Below are positions 19,987 through 28,784 of a DNA stretch of 64,000 bases, piece by piece. Origin of the DNA: an uncultured Gammaproteobacteria bacterium (GTDB lineage Bacteria; Patescibacteriota; Microgenomatia; Levybacterales; UBA12049); contig CAYYSJ010000001.1 in assembly GCA_964474445.1 (NCBI GenBank), positions 78,530 to 142,529 of the forward strand. Direction: 5' to 3'. Position 1 is the first letter of the stretch, and each line of letters starts with the position of its first letter. The translations under genes were made by a program, and so were the position numbers. Below the pieces are notes generated by a model that saw only the letters and a list, made by a program, of their open reading frames with translations, did not search any database and had not been told where the DNA came from.

Positions 19987-20114
19987 CTTTGATTCACCTC
20001 CTTTCTTTTAAATATTAAAAACCGACGTTTTCTGAAACTAGTACGTCGGTTACGAAAAATGAATAAAAAGTTCTATATACATATTGCTTTGTTGTTAACT
20101 TTTTCATTTACAAT

Positions 20115-20180
20115 AAAAAAACACCAGAACACATATGTGTTTGGTGCCTCCGTTAACGGTCAGCAATTACTTTGTAATTA
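20115..20180 (-). promoter_or_regulatory. Leader RNA: hairpin overlapping an intrinsic terminator (putative antitermination element)
   Basis: Minus strand GCTGACCGTTAACGGAGGC (20164-20146) overlaps GCACCAAACACATATGTGTTCTGGTGT plus T-run (20147-20115). Confidence 0.7.
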
Positions 20181-20183
20181 TAA

Positions 20184-20212
20184 GTTATAGAATGTTATTG
20201 TTATCTTGTCAA
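20184..20212 (-). promoter_or_regulatory. Sigma70-type promoter of the repeat-protein operon
   Basis: TTGACA(20212-20207)-N17-TATAAC(20189-20184). Confidence 0.75.
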
Positions 20213-20226
20213 TAACCTAGGGAATA

Positions 20227-20403
20227 TTACTCTTCTACGAGACTAATTATAGGTTTGCGAATATTCTTCTCTGTAATTTGAGTTACTTGGTTATTTTGGA
20301 TAATGATCTCGATACTTCCCCAGCCATGAATACTATTGATAGATTGGGATAGTTCTTCGAGAATCTTTTGTGAAAGTTGCGGTGAGATTTTCTTTCCTGC
20401 CAT
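20227..20403 (-). CDS. DUF2292/YezD-like small protein (58 aa, not in ORF track)
   Basis: Hand-translated MAGKKISPQLSQKILEELSQSINSIHGWGSIEIIIQNNQVTQITEKNIRKPIISLVEE; GSIEIIIQ..V.QI core; own promoter TTGACA(20462-20457)-N17-TAGCAT(20439-20434). Confidence 0.8.
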   Translation of the reverse strand: MAGKKISPQLSQKILEELSQSINSIHGWGSIEIIIQNNQVTQITEKNIRKPIISLVEE

Positions 20404-20486
20404 ACTGACTTCAGGACAGGAAGAAGCTTACCTATGCTAATGCTTAATGCATAATTTGTCAAGCGTTAATAAGATAAATGAATACG

Positions 20487-20885
20487 CTACTTAGCTTGGA
20501 GCACATGAAAGAGACTATTAAAGAAAGATTGAATGTTATTCCAAAGGTTTTGAAGCTGAGGTGCACGGTGAGGATGTTCATCTCCCTTTATTGGGCTAGG
20601 AGATGAACTTGCCATTGGAGATGGAGAAAGCGTTGTTCCTGTTGCATCATTTGTTACCGATGATGTTTTGCCATTGTTTTGTATATGGTAATCTCCTGGC
20701 TGAGTACTATCAAAATTTTGCGTGTGCCCATTTACGTTGGTCTCAACATGAGTTGAAACACTTCCAGACCCATCAATTGAGGTATGTACGTCTACATCTG
20801 ATGAAGCGTTGCCTTCATGTATCTCTGCAAATGCAGGAGTGGTGAAAAGCAAAAAAACAGTTGTAAAAAGAAATAGGTATTTCAT
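20487..20885 (-). CDS. Small secreted Ser/Thr/Asn-rich protein with amphipathic C-terminal helix
   Basis: Signal peptide ending PAFA, beta-rich segment beginning EGNASS, LWNNIQSFFNSLF tail. Confidence 0.7.
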   Translation of the reverse strand: MKYLFLFTTVFLLFTTPAFAEIHEGNASSDVDVHTSIDGSGSVSTHVETNVNGHTQNFDSTQPGDYHIQNNGKTSSVTNDATGTTLSPSPMASSSPSPIKGDEHPHRAPQLQNLWNNIQSFFNSLFHVLQAK

Positions 20886-20996
20886 TGTTCGTTCATTCTA
20901 GCACCTTTATGCAAGAAATTTGTCAATATGTGTATTGACAAGTACCATATAAATTGTTATAAAAAATCAATCTCTGCCCCCCTGCCTCATAGTTTA

Positions 20997-21572
20997 ATGA
21001 AAATACAGACATATATTATTAGTGGTCTTGTCCTCGCATTGTTTCTCGCTTGTTTGGGGATTACCCATTCATTTGCTGTCGAGAATGTGCATGTAAGCAA
21101 TACTGCAACAGTTCAAAACTCCGTTACCACAACCTGTGGTACAGGAAACAATACTGTAACTGGCAATGGTACTATCAAAACAGGGAATGCAAATTGCCAA
21201 ACTGTTATCCAAAATGTTGTCAATACAAATATTGTTGTCACCTCCCCTACTCCTACACAGACACCGACATTGATACCGACGCTTACCATTACATCTTCTC
21301 CTACTCCTACCCCAACACCAGGACAGAACGGTTGCACAAGTAATTGTGGAGGGAATAATAGTGGTGGCAGCAACAATAACAGTGGAGGCTCATCAAATAA
21401 TTCATCTTCCAATACCCAATCTACTTCACCAGCTCAGGCTGTTTTGGGAACGAGTGACATGGCTGCAACAGGAACCTTTACTAATACACTTATGGCAATG
21501 TTTGCTTTTGTTGGTTTTGGGTTTTTGTTTGCAGGATCATACAATCTTCGAAAAGATCTCGTTAGCAAATAA
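20997..21572 (+). CDS. Secreted single-repeat protein with LPxTG-like sorting signal
   Basis: Signal peptide (..SFA), one GTGNN..IKTGNA..NVVNT repeat with a Cys pair, PT linker, VLG, MAATG + TM + RK tail; start revised to MKIQT. Confidence 0.78.
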   Translation: MKIQTYIISGLVLALFLACLGITHSFAVENVHVSNTATVQNSVTTTCGTGNNTVTGNGTIKTGNANCQTVIQNVVNTNIVVTSPTPTQTPTLIPTLTITSSPTPTPTPGQNGCTSNCGGNNSGGSNNNSGGSSNNSSSNTQSTSPAQAVLGTSDMAATGTFTNTLMAMFAFVGFGFLFAGSYNLRKDLVSK

Positions 21573-21645
21573 CTAACTTTTCAAGACATACTTTTCTATT
21601 ACGCTTCCTTGACTCCTACAAAATATCTACCATTATAATAAAGGT

Positions 21646-22290
21646 ATGTTTCCCCTCTGGGACTCCATCCATACGAATAAATTTCCCCTGGTAAACATCA
21701 CGCTTATTATTGTTACCGGATACGTTTTTTTTAAAGAAATCTCAGCGGTAGACCCAAATGCATTTATCCAGCAGTACGCTCTTATTCCTTCCCTTGTAAG
21801 TCTTAGTAACTTCGCAACATTTTTTCCTTTTTTAACTGCAATATTCCTTCATGGAGGATGGCTTCATATTTTGTCCAATATGTGGTTTTTATGGGTATTT
21901 GGTGACGATGTAGAAGGATACTTCGGGCATTTTTTCTATCTTATTCTATATTTTCTTTCTGGGATTGCTGGAAATATTGTGCAATTTCTTCTTATGCCAC
22001 ACAGTAATATCCCTATGCTTGGAGCATCTGGTGCGATTGCCGGGGTATTGGGAGCATATTTTGTCTTGTTTCCCTACTCTAAAGTGAAAACGTTCCTTCC
22101 CATTTTTTTCTTTTTTACGATTGTTGATATTCCTGCTCCTTTTATGCTTGGTTACTGGTTTTTGTTGCAACTTGTTTCAGGTGCTGCTTCTCTACCGCTC
22201 ATGGGGGCAGTTGGAGGTGTCGCATTTTTTGCACATGTAACAGGTTTTCTCGTAGGTGCAATTGTAGGGACTTCATCGAAAGAAAGGTAA
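21646..22290 (+). CDS. Rhomboid family intramembrane serine protease
   Basis: FLHGGWLHILSNM, GASGA, AHVTGF. Confidence 0.93.
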   Translation: MFPLWDSIHTNKFPLVNITLIIVTGYVFFKEISAVDPNAFIQQYALIPSLVSLSNFATFFPFLTAIFLHGGWLHILSNMWFLWVFGDDVEGYFGHFFYLILYFLSGIAGNIVQFLLMPHSNIPMLGASGAIAGVLGAYFVLFPYSKVKTFLPIFFFFTIVDIPAPFMLGYWFLLQLVSGAASLPLMGAVGGVAFFAHVTGFLVGAIVGTSSKER

Positions 22291-22372
22291 TAAAGTAAAG
22301 AATATAAGATATCCTGTATTTGGTAGATTTTTATTGTGACAACTTTGGTTCTATGGTATACTACCAAAGCGT

Positions 22373-22448
22373 GGTGGCCATAGCTCAATGGTAGAGCATC
22401 AGTTTGTGGAGCTGAGGGTTGCGGGTTCGAATCCCGTTGGCCACCCCA
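22373..22448 (+). tRNA. tRNA-His(GTG)
   Basis: G-1 plus GTGGCCA/TGGCCAC-C-CCA; TCAGT-TTGTGGA-GCTGA. Confidence 0.96.
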
Positions 22449-22648
22449 ATAGTATTTAGATTATTTCATAAATCCTAACTTCATTCGGCAGTCAACTTCA
22501 ATTTTTTAACTTCAAAAGACACGTGAAATTATTATACTCCAAGACCAAGTTCAAATCTTTGGGATAGCATATATGCGTATAGAGTTTTTAAGTGTTGATC
22601 TTCGACGAAAAATGAAAATTTGGTATAATAAATATCATAAGAATCAAT

Positions 22649-23185
22649 ATGTCGACAATCCATTTTGAAGCTAAACTATTTAAAATCGGCTCATGGACAC
22701 TTCTCAGGCTGCCTAATGAAGCAAGCGCGAAGCTTCCCTCACGGGGCATGACAATGGTTGAGGGAACTATCAATGACTTCCACTTCCAAACTGAGCTCGA
22801 ACCAGATGGTAAAGGAAGCCACTGGTTTAGGGTAGATAAAAGTATACTCGAAGCCACCGGAGTGGATGCAGGTGATACTGTAACGCTGTCAGTTGAGTCG
22901 ACTAAAGAATGGCCGGAACCTGATATACCAGAAGATTTGGAGACTGCTCTTGCGGCTGACCCAAAAGCACACACTCTTTGGATGAGTATCACGCCAATGG
23001 CGCGCTGGGACTGGATCCGTTGGATACGATCAACCAAACAAGCGGAAACACGGAGACGACGGATCGAGGTAGCGTTCTCAAAGCTTAAGGCCGGAGAGCG
23101 AAGGCCATGTTGTTTTAATCGAAGTCTATGTACTGAGCCCTATGTATCGCATAATGGTGTGCTCCTTGACTCAATAACAAGCTAA
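22649..23185 (+). CDS. DUF1905 + YdeI/OmpD-associated domain protein
   Basis: LPSRG..VEGTIN, PDG.GSHW, PEDL..ALA, WIRWI.S.KQ.ETR.RR, RPCCF. Confidence 0.85.
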   Translation: MSTIHFEAKLFKIGSWTLLRLPNEASAKLPSRGMTMVEGTINDFHFQTELEPDGKGSHWFRVDKSILEATGVDAGDTVTLSVESTKEWPEPDIPEDLETALAADPKAHTLWMSITPMARWDWIRWIRSTKQAETRRRRIEVAFSKLKAGERRPCCFNRSLCTEPYVSHNGVLLDSITS

Positions 23186-23302
23186 CGATTACAGTAATTT
23201 ACTTTTCATAAAGTTACAAAACGACTCCACTTGAAAATCTGTTTGATAAGCATTTTTGAAATAATTTTCTATTTTAAGAACGGGGTCTAATAGTGCGTGT
23301 TT

Positions 23303-25210
23303 TTACCGATACTGGGATATGATGTCGGAAACTGAGGTGAATTGTGCTTTTGGTTTGTCGCTGTTGTTAATGTCAAACATATCCAAATGTCCATAACCAC
23401 CATAGCTTTGTGCGTCAAATTGGTTTGCAAAATCTAAATGTGCTCCAATCATTGCATTCATTGCAGCTGTTGAGAATTTACTCATAAAGTCTGCGTTTTC
23501 TCCAAGGGGGTTACTGCCTGGATCAAAATTCCATTCTGTAATACCAACTGGAATATCAAATCCTAAATCGTTATGGACCCAACTTTTTACTTCTTGGGTA
23601 ACGGTGGTGTAAGTTTGTGCTTGTGCAGGTCCACAATTTCCTGAGCTATTAAATCCATCTGTTGCATTGTCACAAGGATACCAATGGAAACTTACGGCAT
23701 CTGGGTAAACGCCTGATGCTTTGACGCCATGTAAGAAATTTTGCATATAACAATCTCCTGGCTGTGCACCAGGAAGGGGTGCAGGTCCAGAATAGTAGCA
23801 ATCATTGCCTTGATCGTTATAAGTAACTGGGCCGATAAATTTTGCATTTGGATTGATTTTCCTAAGTTCAGTAACGAATTCATTCCAGCGGCTAAGATAT
23901 GTTTGAATATCCATATGGGTAACTACAGTGCCATTGTCGTTATATTCATCCAAATCTGGCTCATTGCCTATTTCATATAAGTTACATCTATTGCCAGCAT
24001 ATGCAACTACCCTCTTTGCAAAATCAAGATCTGTTTCTAACTTTCCGGTATCAATGTCAGTAATTCGTATGTGTGTTGAGCTTGGATCAGTATTATTTGC
24101 TGCATTTGTTCGGATATCCTTGAGTACGATCAGACACTGCATACCTGATTTTTTAATTGCTTGCAGTCTTGTTTCAAGCTCATATTGATAGGGTGCATAT
24201 GGCGTGACAGTCGTATATTGTGCCGTTGGCGTGTCATATTCATGAGAGTTTGGTTGAGATGGATTTACTATAGTCTGGCCAGTAGTTGGATCAATTTTTA
24301 TTTGAATTTGAGGATTTGTTCCAAGCGTTATCCTATGTCCATCGGACAGACTGTAATGGAAAATAAACATTCTCATGAGAGAAAAATGATTATTGAGCAA
24401 TGAAGGTTGGATGATATTATGAGGATCAGTGTCGAAATTATCTTCTGTATAATCCTGACTATCATTACTTCCAAATAAGTAAGATGATACATTATTTTTC
24501 CATAGTTGTTGACCAGGAAGTAGCCCAAGAGTTGTTGGTGGCACTGTCGTTGGTGTTGGTGTACTTGTTGGAATTACCGTTGGGTTTGGCGTTGGGGTTG
24601 CTGTTGGACTCACTGTTGGACTCACTGTTGGAGTTCCTGTTACTTGTACCCCACCGACCAGCATAACGTCATCAATATATATAGTTACGAGAGATGTATT
24701 TAGCCAGTTCTTCAGTTGTATTCCACCAATTGTTTGGCCACTTGGATTAAGCATTGACATTGGCACACTAATATGGACCCAGCCATTTGCCAATGTGTTT
24801 GTAACATTGTTTTGGGAGAGTTGTATCTCGTTAATCCAACTTCCCTGCGGATCAACAACGAGAATAGCAAAATCTTCAAGTGATTGTCCTTTCGTATTTA
24901 CATTCCAGTCAATAGAAGTATATTGATTGGATGTAATTGGTGTGTTTGCTATGAAGTTGATTGCCCCCCAGCCCTGGTATGCAATTGAGTATGAGCAGGG
25001 TGCAGAGGTGTATGTTGTTGTATCGCAGCTATTTCTGCTGGTAAACCCAAATGAATTATCAGTGAATCCACTCTCCACCCCATTGGTATACACCGGAACT
25101 GATGGTGTGGCAGCAAATACAGCACTAACTACTGGAGAAAAAATATTTTGTAGCAAGAGACCAATAATAAAAAGTATTGCTAAAGTAAATCTATGTTTTA
25201 AATACCTCAT
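23303..25210 (-). CDS. Secreted clan GH-A glycoside hydrolase (GH39/44/79-like) with N-terminal CBM-like domain
   Basis: Signal peptide, jelly-roll domain ending IYIDDV, PT linker, YEIGNEPD acid/base, SFHWY, GITEWN nucleophile. Confidence 0.8.
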   Translation of the reverse strand: MRYLKHRFTLAILFIIGLLLQNIFSPVVSAVFAATPSVPVYTNGVESGFTDNSFGFTSRNSCDTTTYTSAPCSYSIAYQGWGAINFIANTPITSNQYTSIDWNVNTKGQSLEDFAILVVDPQGSWINEIQLSQNNVTNTLANGWVHISVPMSMLNPSGQTIGGIQLKNWLNTSLVTIYIDDVMLVGGVQVTGTPTVSPTVSPTATPTPNPTVIPTSTPTPTTVPPTTLGLLPGQQLWKNNVSSYLFGSNDSQDYTEDNFDTDPHNIIQPSLLNNHFSLMRMFIFHYSLSDGHRITLGTNPQIQIKIDPTTGQTIVNPSQPNSHEYDTPTAQYTTVTPYAPYQYELETRLQAIKKSGMQCLIVLKDIRTNAANNTDPSSTHIRITDIDTGKLETDLDFAKRVVAYAGNRCNLYEIGNEPDLDEYNDNGTVVTHMDIQTYLSRWNEFVTELRKINPNAKFIGPVTYNDQGNDCYYSGPAPLPGAQPGDCYMQNFLHGVKASGVYPDAVSFHWYPCDNATDGFNSSGNCGPAQAQTYTTVTQEVKSWVHNDLGFDIPVGITEWNFDPGSNPLGENADFMSKFSTAAMNAMIGAHLDFANQFDAQSYGGYGHLDMFDINNSDKPKAQFTSVSDIISQYR

Positions 25211-25360
25211 ATCTTATAAAAGCGATTGTAACAGACATTATGTAGGATAAATGTAAGAAATAATGTAGCAGAATATAGTTAGTTTGAAAAGAGGATTATG
25301 AATGAGTAGGAGATTACCAAAATTTCTTAAATACTGAAGAATTACAGTGGAAGTATTTTC

Positions 25361-26047
25361 TTACCAAAGATAGGGAATTAATCGATATCTGACTTTTGTA
25401 CGGTATGCGTTATAACCAGATAAGTTCTTCTCTAAGTATTTTTCCTCCTCTAAAAGTCTCCAAATTATCCCAAAAACTAAAATAACAAAAAGAAATAAAC
25501 CTAACCATGAGCCAAGTGCTAGAGGAACTCCAAAAAGCATTATTAATGAACCGCTATACATTGGGTGCCTAATATATGAGTATAATCCTGTGGTAATAAC
25601 CTTCTGATTTTTTTCAACCTCAATCGTTGAAGCTGTATAGGTATTTTCCCTAAATACAATAAAAACAATTAGGAAACCAAGAACTATGAGAGCATTACCA
25701 ATAAATACTGCTACCGCAGGGGTACTGGACCAATTGAAACGGTGGTCTAACACGGAACATATGACATATGCGAGGATTATAATGAACGCAAATGTCATAA
25801 TTATTTTTTGTTTTTTATCCTTTTCTGCTAGTGGCCCTGCATTCATACGACGAGCGAGTAATGCTGGATCATATATTGCTAGATAAAGAGTAATTACGAG
25901 AATACTTAAGGAGAAAACAGTAATAAACAACCATCCTTGCCAATAGTTTATTGTTCCTGCTGGTATAAAAATAAGCGCTGCCATGGAAAAAGGCATCAAA
26001 AGGAGTTGTACTGTTGCCTTACGATAAAGTTCTGCTTTGGTGAACAT
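25361..26047 (-). CDS. Isoprenylcysteine carboxyl methyltransferase (ICMT/PEMT) family membrane protein
   Basis: QKVITTGLYSYIRHPMYSG, EEKYL, Y..Y..VRYRLIP. Confidence 0.9.
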   Translation of the reverse strand: MFTKAELYRKATVQLLLMPFSMAALIFIPAGTINYWQGWLFITVFSLSILVITLYLAIYDPALLARRMNAGPLAEKDKKQKIIMTFAFIIILAYVICSVLDHRFNWSSTPAVAVFIGNALIVLGFLIVFIVFRENTYTASTIEVEKNQKVITTGLYSYIRHPMYSGSLIMLFGVPLALGSWLGLFLFVILVFGIIWRLLEEEKYLEKNLSGYNAYRTKVRYRLIPYLW

Positions 26048-26101
26048 AAACGTATATCAAGATTTTTAAATCAGTATCCTTCGTTGAACAAGGCGTCGTT
26101 C

Positions 26102-27040
26102 CTATTGTAGTGTATTCTTTACCACTGCTGCTAGTGCTTTAATAAAAAGTGGTGATGTATTGAGAGACTCTGTTCGTGCAAAGGTAATGCCATGTTCCTC
26201 CGCCTGTTCTCTTGCTCCAATACCAACGTCATACAAGATTTCTAAATGATCAGCTAAAAATTGGACAGGTGCTATGAGGACGTGCGTTTCTCCTTTTTCT
26301 TCCAACTCTGGCATGATGTCTGCAAAGTCAGGCTTCAGCCACTCCTCTGGTGTGTGCCCTGCACTTTGATAACAAAACATCCACCTCTCCTTTGAAAGTC
26401 CAGATAACTTTGCAATCTCAGCAGCTGTTTCTTTGAGGTCATCAATATAACCAGGCTCTTTATCAATCACTCTTTTAGGCATACTGTGGGCTGAGAAAAG
26501 CACTTTGATTTTTTTACTTACCTCTTTTGGAAGATTATTGAGTGCTTCCATGACACGTTGTGCCATTGCCTGAAGAAAAAAAGGTTCTACATGCCAGTCT
26601 GTTGCAATTCTCAAGTCAAGGTTATCTCTTTTTAGTTTTGCTACTGCTTCTTGTAATTCACGAAGATAGCCACTCATAATAATTGGTGAATATTGTGGTG
26701 ACATAATAATACCCACTAATGTATCTATATCTTCTGGAAACTCCTTGACAACATCTTCAATAAAAGGGTCAGAAAAACGCATGCCTGCTTTTACAAAAAA
26801 GCGCGTTTCTTGCATATGCTGGTTCAATTCTTTTTCAAGTGCTGCTGCTTGGTCTTTGGTAATTTGAATGAGTGGAGAGCCACCTATAAGGTCATATCTT
26901 CTTTGAAATTCTGCAATATTTTCTGAATCAGCATCTTTTCCCCCGTATACATTCTTTAGGTATTGTGGCACATCAGCAAGTGTTTTTGGTGATCCATAGG
27001 TCATGAGGATAACGCCAATTTTTTTCTGTTGTTTTGCCAT
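26102..27040 (-). CDS. hemH: Ferrochelatase (coproporphyrin ferrochelatase CpfC type by context)
   Basis: MTYGSP, RY..IGGSPL, FSAHSMP, YQSAG..WL.P, F.ADHLEILYD; start revised to MAKQQ. Confidence 0.93.
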   Translation of the reverse strand: MAKQQKKIGVILMTYGSPKTLADVPQYLKNVYGGKDADSENIAEFQRRYDLIGGSPLIQITKDQAAALEKELNQHMQETRFFVKAGMRFSDPFIEDVVKEFPEDIDTLVGIIMSPQYSPIIMSGYLRELQEAVAKLKRDNLDLRIATDWHVEPFFLQAMAQRVMEALNNLPKEVSKKIKVLFSAHSMPKRVIDKEPGYIDDLKETAAEIAKLSGLSKERWMFCYQSAGHTPEEWLKPDFADIMPELEEKGETHVLIAPVQFLADHLEILYDVGIGAREQAEEHGITFARTESLNTSPLFIKALAAVVKNTLQ

Positions 27041-27093
27041 AGAATCTTCTTTCCAGTATAACATAGATACCTTATAATGGTTGTAGCTTTTTT

Positions 27094-28014
27094 ATGAGAA
27101 ATATTATTATCGGGACTCGTGGAAGTCGTCTTGCTCTTATTCAAACAGATATTGTTAAAAAACAATTGGAGGAAATAGCTCCTGATATATCTATTGAAGT
27201 CCAGACAATTACGACAAAAGGAGATAAAAATTTAAACCCCGTACCTTTGGATAGTGTTGGAAAAGGATGGTTTACGAAGGAAATTGATAAAGCACTTTTG
27301 GAAGGAAGTATTGATATTGCTGTGCATAGTCTAAAAGACTTACCAGAAGTGTTACCAAAAGGACTTGTTATTGCTGCAATTCCACAAAGGGAGGATGCAC
27401 GAGAAGCACTGGTGTCTTATGGGAATGTATCATTTGAACATCTGAAAAAAGGAGCAGTTATAGGGACAGATAGCACGAGAAGAAAAGCACAGGTTCTTCA
27501 TAAGAGACCGGACCTTGTTGTTGAAAGTGTCAGAGGAAACGTCAATACCAGACTTGATAAGCTTGATAATGGTGACTATGATGCTCTTTTTCTTGCTGTT
27601 GCGGGACTCAAAAGGCTAGGTCTTGAACATCGTATTGCTGAGTATTTCTCAGTTGAAGATGTTATTCCCTCTCCTGGACAAGGAGCTTTGGCTGTTGTCA
27701 TAAAAGAGAGCAATGCTGATCTTTTTTCACTCCTTCAGCAACTGAACCATACAAACGCGCTTATTGCTATTTCAGCAGAACGAGCATTTTCAAAGGCTGT
27801 AGGAGGTGGATGTAAGTTACCTGTTGGAGTATATGCAGAATGCAAAGGGAACTCAATAACATTACATGGTGTCATTGGGTCCTTGGATGGGAAACATCTT
27901 GCCAAAGAGTCAATAGAAGGAAAGGTGTCCTCTTCAGTATCCCTTGCAAAAACTCTTGCAACACAACTGTTGCAAAAAGCCAAGCCTTGGTATAGTAAAC
28001 TTACTATTGAGTAA
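27094..28014 (+). CDS. hemC: Hydroxymethylbilane synthase (porphobilinogen deaminase)
   Basis: GTRGSRLA, AVHSLKDLP, RGNVNTRL, AGLKRLG, GGCKLPVG cofactor Cys. Confidence 0.96.
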   Translation: MRNIIIGTRGSRLALIQTDIVKKQLEEIAPDISIEVQTITTKGDKNLNPVPLDSVGKGWFTKEIDKALLEGSIDIAVHSLKDLPEVLPKGLVIAAIPQREDAREALVSYGNVSFEHLKKGAVIGTDSTRRKAQVLHKRPDLVVESVRGNVNTRLDKLDNGDYDALFLAVAGLKRLGLEHRIAEYFSVEDVIPSPGQGALAVVIKESNADLFSLLQQLNHTNALIAISAERAFSKAVGGGCKLPVGVYAECKGNSITLHGVIGSLDGKHLAKESIEGKVSSSVSLAKTLATQLLQKAKPWYSKLTIE

Positions 28015-28021
28015 ATTACGT

Positions 28022-28777
28022 ATGGCGCAGTATATTGTTGTTACCCGTCCAATTAAGGAAAGTAGAGAATTAAAAAAGAAATTAGAAGAATTGGGATTAT
28101 CTGTTTTTTCTTTTCCGAGTATTCGTATTCATAAAACTGTTCTTACTACTGAAATCCAAAAACCACTAAAAAATCTTGCATCATTTGACTGGATTGTTTT
28201 TACGAGTCAAAACGGCGTTCGTTTTTTTATTGAAGCCCTGAACAAGTTAAGAATTGACATAGAAATTCTCCGAACAAAACGAATTGCGACTGTAGGTCCA
28301 AAAACAGCTGCAGAAGCAAAAAAATATCATCTTCCTGTTACCTTTATCCCTTCAGAATTTACAACAAAAGATTTAGCGCAACAGTTGGAACATATTGAAG
28401 GGAAAACAATACTACTACCACGAGCAAATATTGCAACACCAACTCTTACAGAATCGCTAAAGGCAAAAGGTGCATTGGTAACAAATATTGCAATCTACAT
28501 AACAGAATTTACTACTACTCAAACGAATGAATTTGAAACTCTCCTTGAACATAATGAAATACGATGTATCACATTTACCAGTCCATCCACTATTGAAGGT
28601 TTTTTGAAACATATACAAGGCATTCAAAAGAAAGCAGAAATTTTGTCTCTTCCTGTCTTATCAATTGGTCCTGTGACAACAGAAGCACTCAAAAAACATG
28701 ATTTTAAAAAGATTTATACAGCTGATGAATATACAATAGAAGGAATGTTTAGCAAACTAAAGGAAAGTATTTTATAA
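28022..28777 (+). CDS. hemD: Uroporphyrinogen-III synthase
   Basis: VVTRP, FTSQNGV, VGPKTA, FTSPST, IGPVT; start revised to MAQYIV. Confidence 0.93.
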   Translation: MAQYIVVTRPIKESRELKKKLEELGLSVFSFPSIRIHKTVLTTEIQKPLKNLASFDWIVFTSQNGVRFFIEALNKLRIDIEILRTKRIATVGPKTAAEAKKYHLPVTFIPSEFTTKDLAQQLEHIEGKTILLPRANIATPTLTESLKAKGALVTNIAIYITEFTTTQTNEFETLLEHNEIRCITFTSPSTIEGFLKHIQGIQKKAEILSLPVLSIGPVTTEALKKHDFKKIYTADEYTIEGMFSKLKESIL

Positions 28778-28784
28778 TAAGCAT

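Noticed and set aside
20115-20180. Known metabolite riboswitch (c-di-GMP, SAM, TPP, preQ1) in the leader
   Set aside because: Too short and lacks their conserved cores; a protein-bound antiterminator fits better
22540-22565. CCAAG-TTCAAAT-CTTTGG, T-arm-like sequence after tRNA-His
   Set aside because: No acceptor, D or anticodon arms; does not match the His tRNA 3' end
18000-24640. Short tandem repeats such as ACTGTTGGACTC x2 (about 24600-24630) and GGTGTT/GGTGAT runs
   Set aside because: They encode Pro/Thr/Ser linkers; no constant repeat-spacer period, so not CRISPR or VNTR elements
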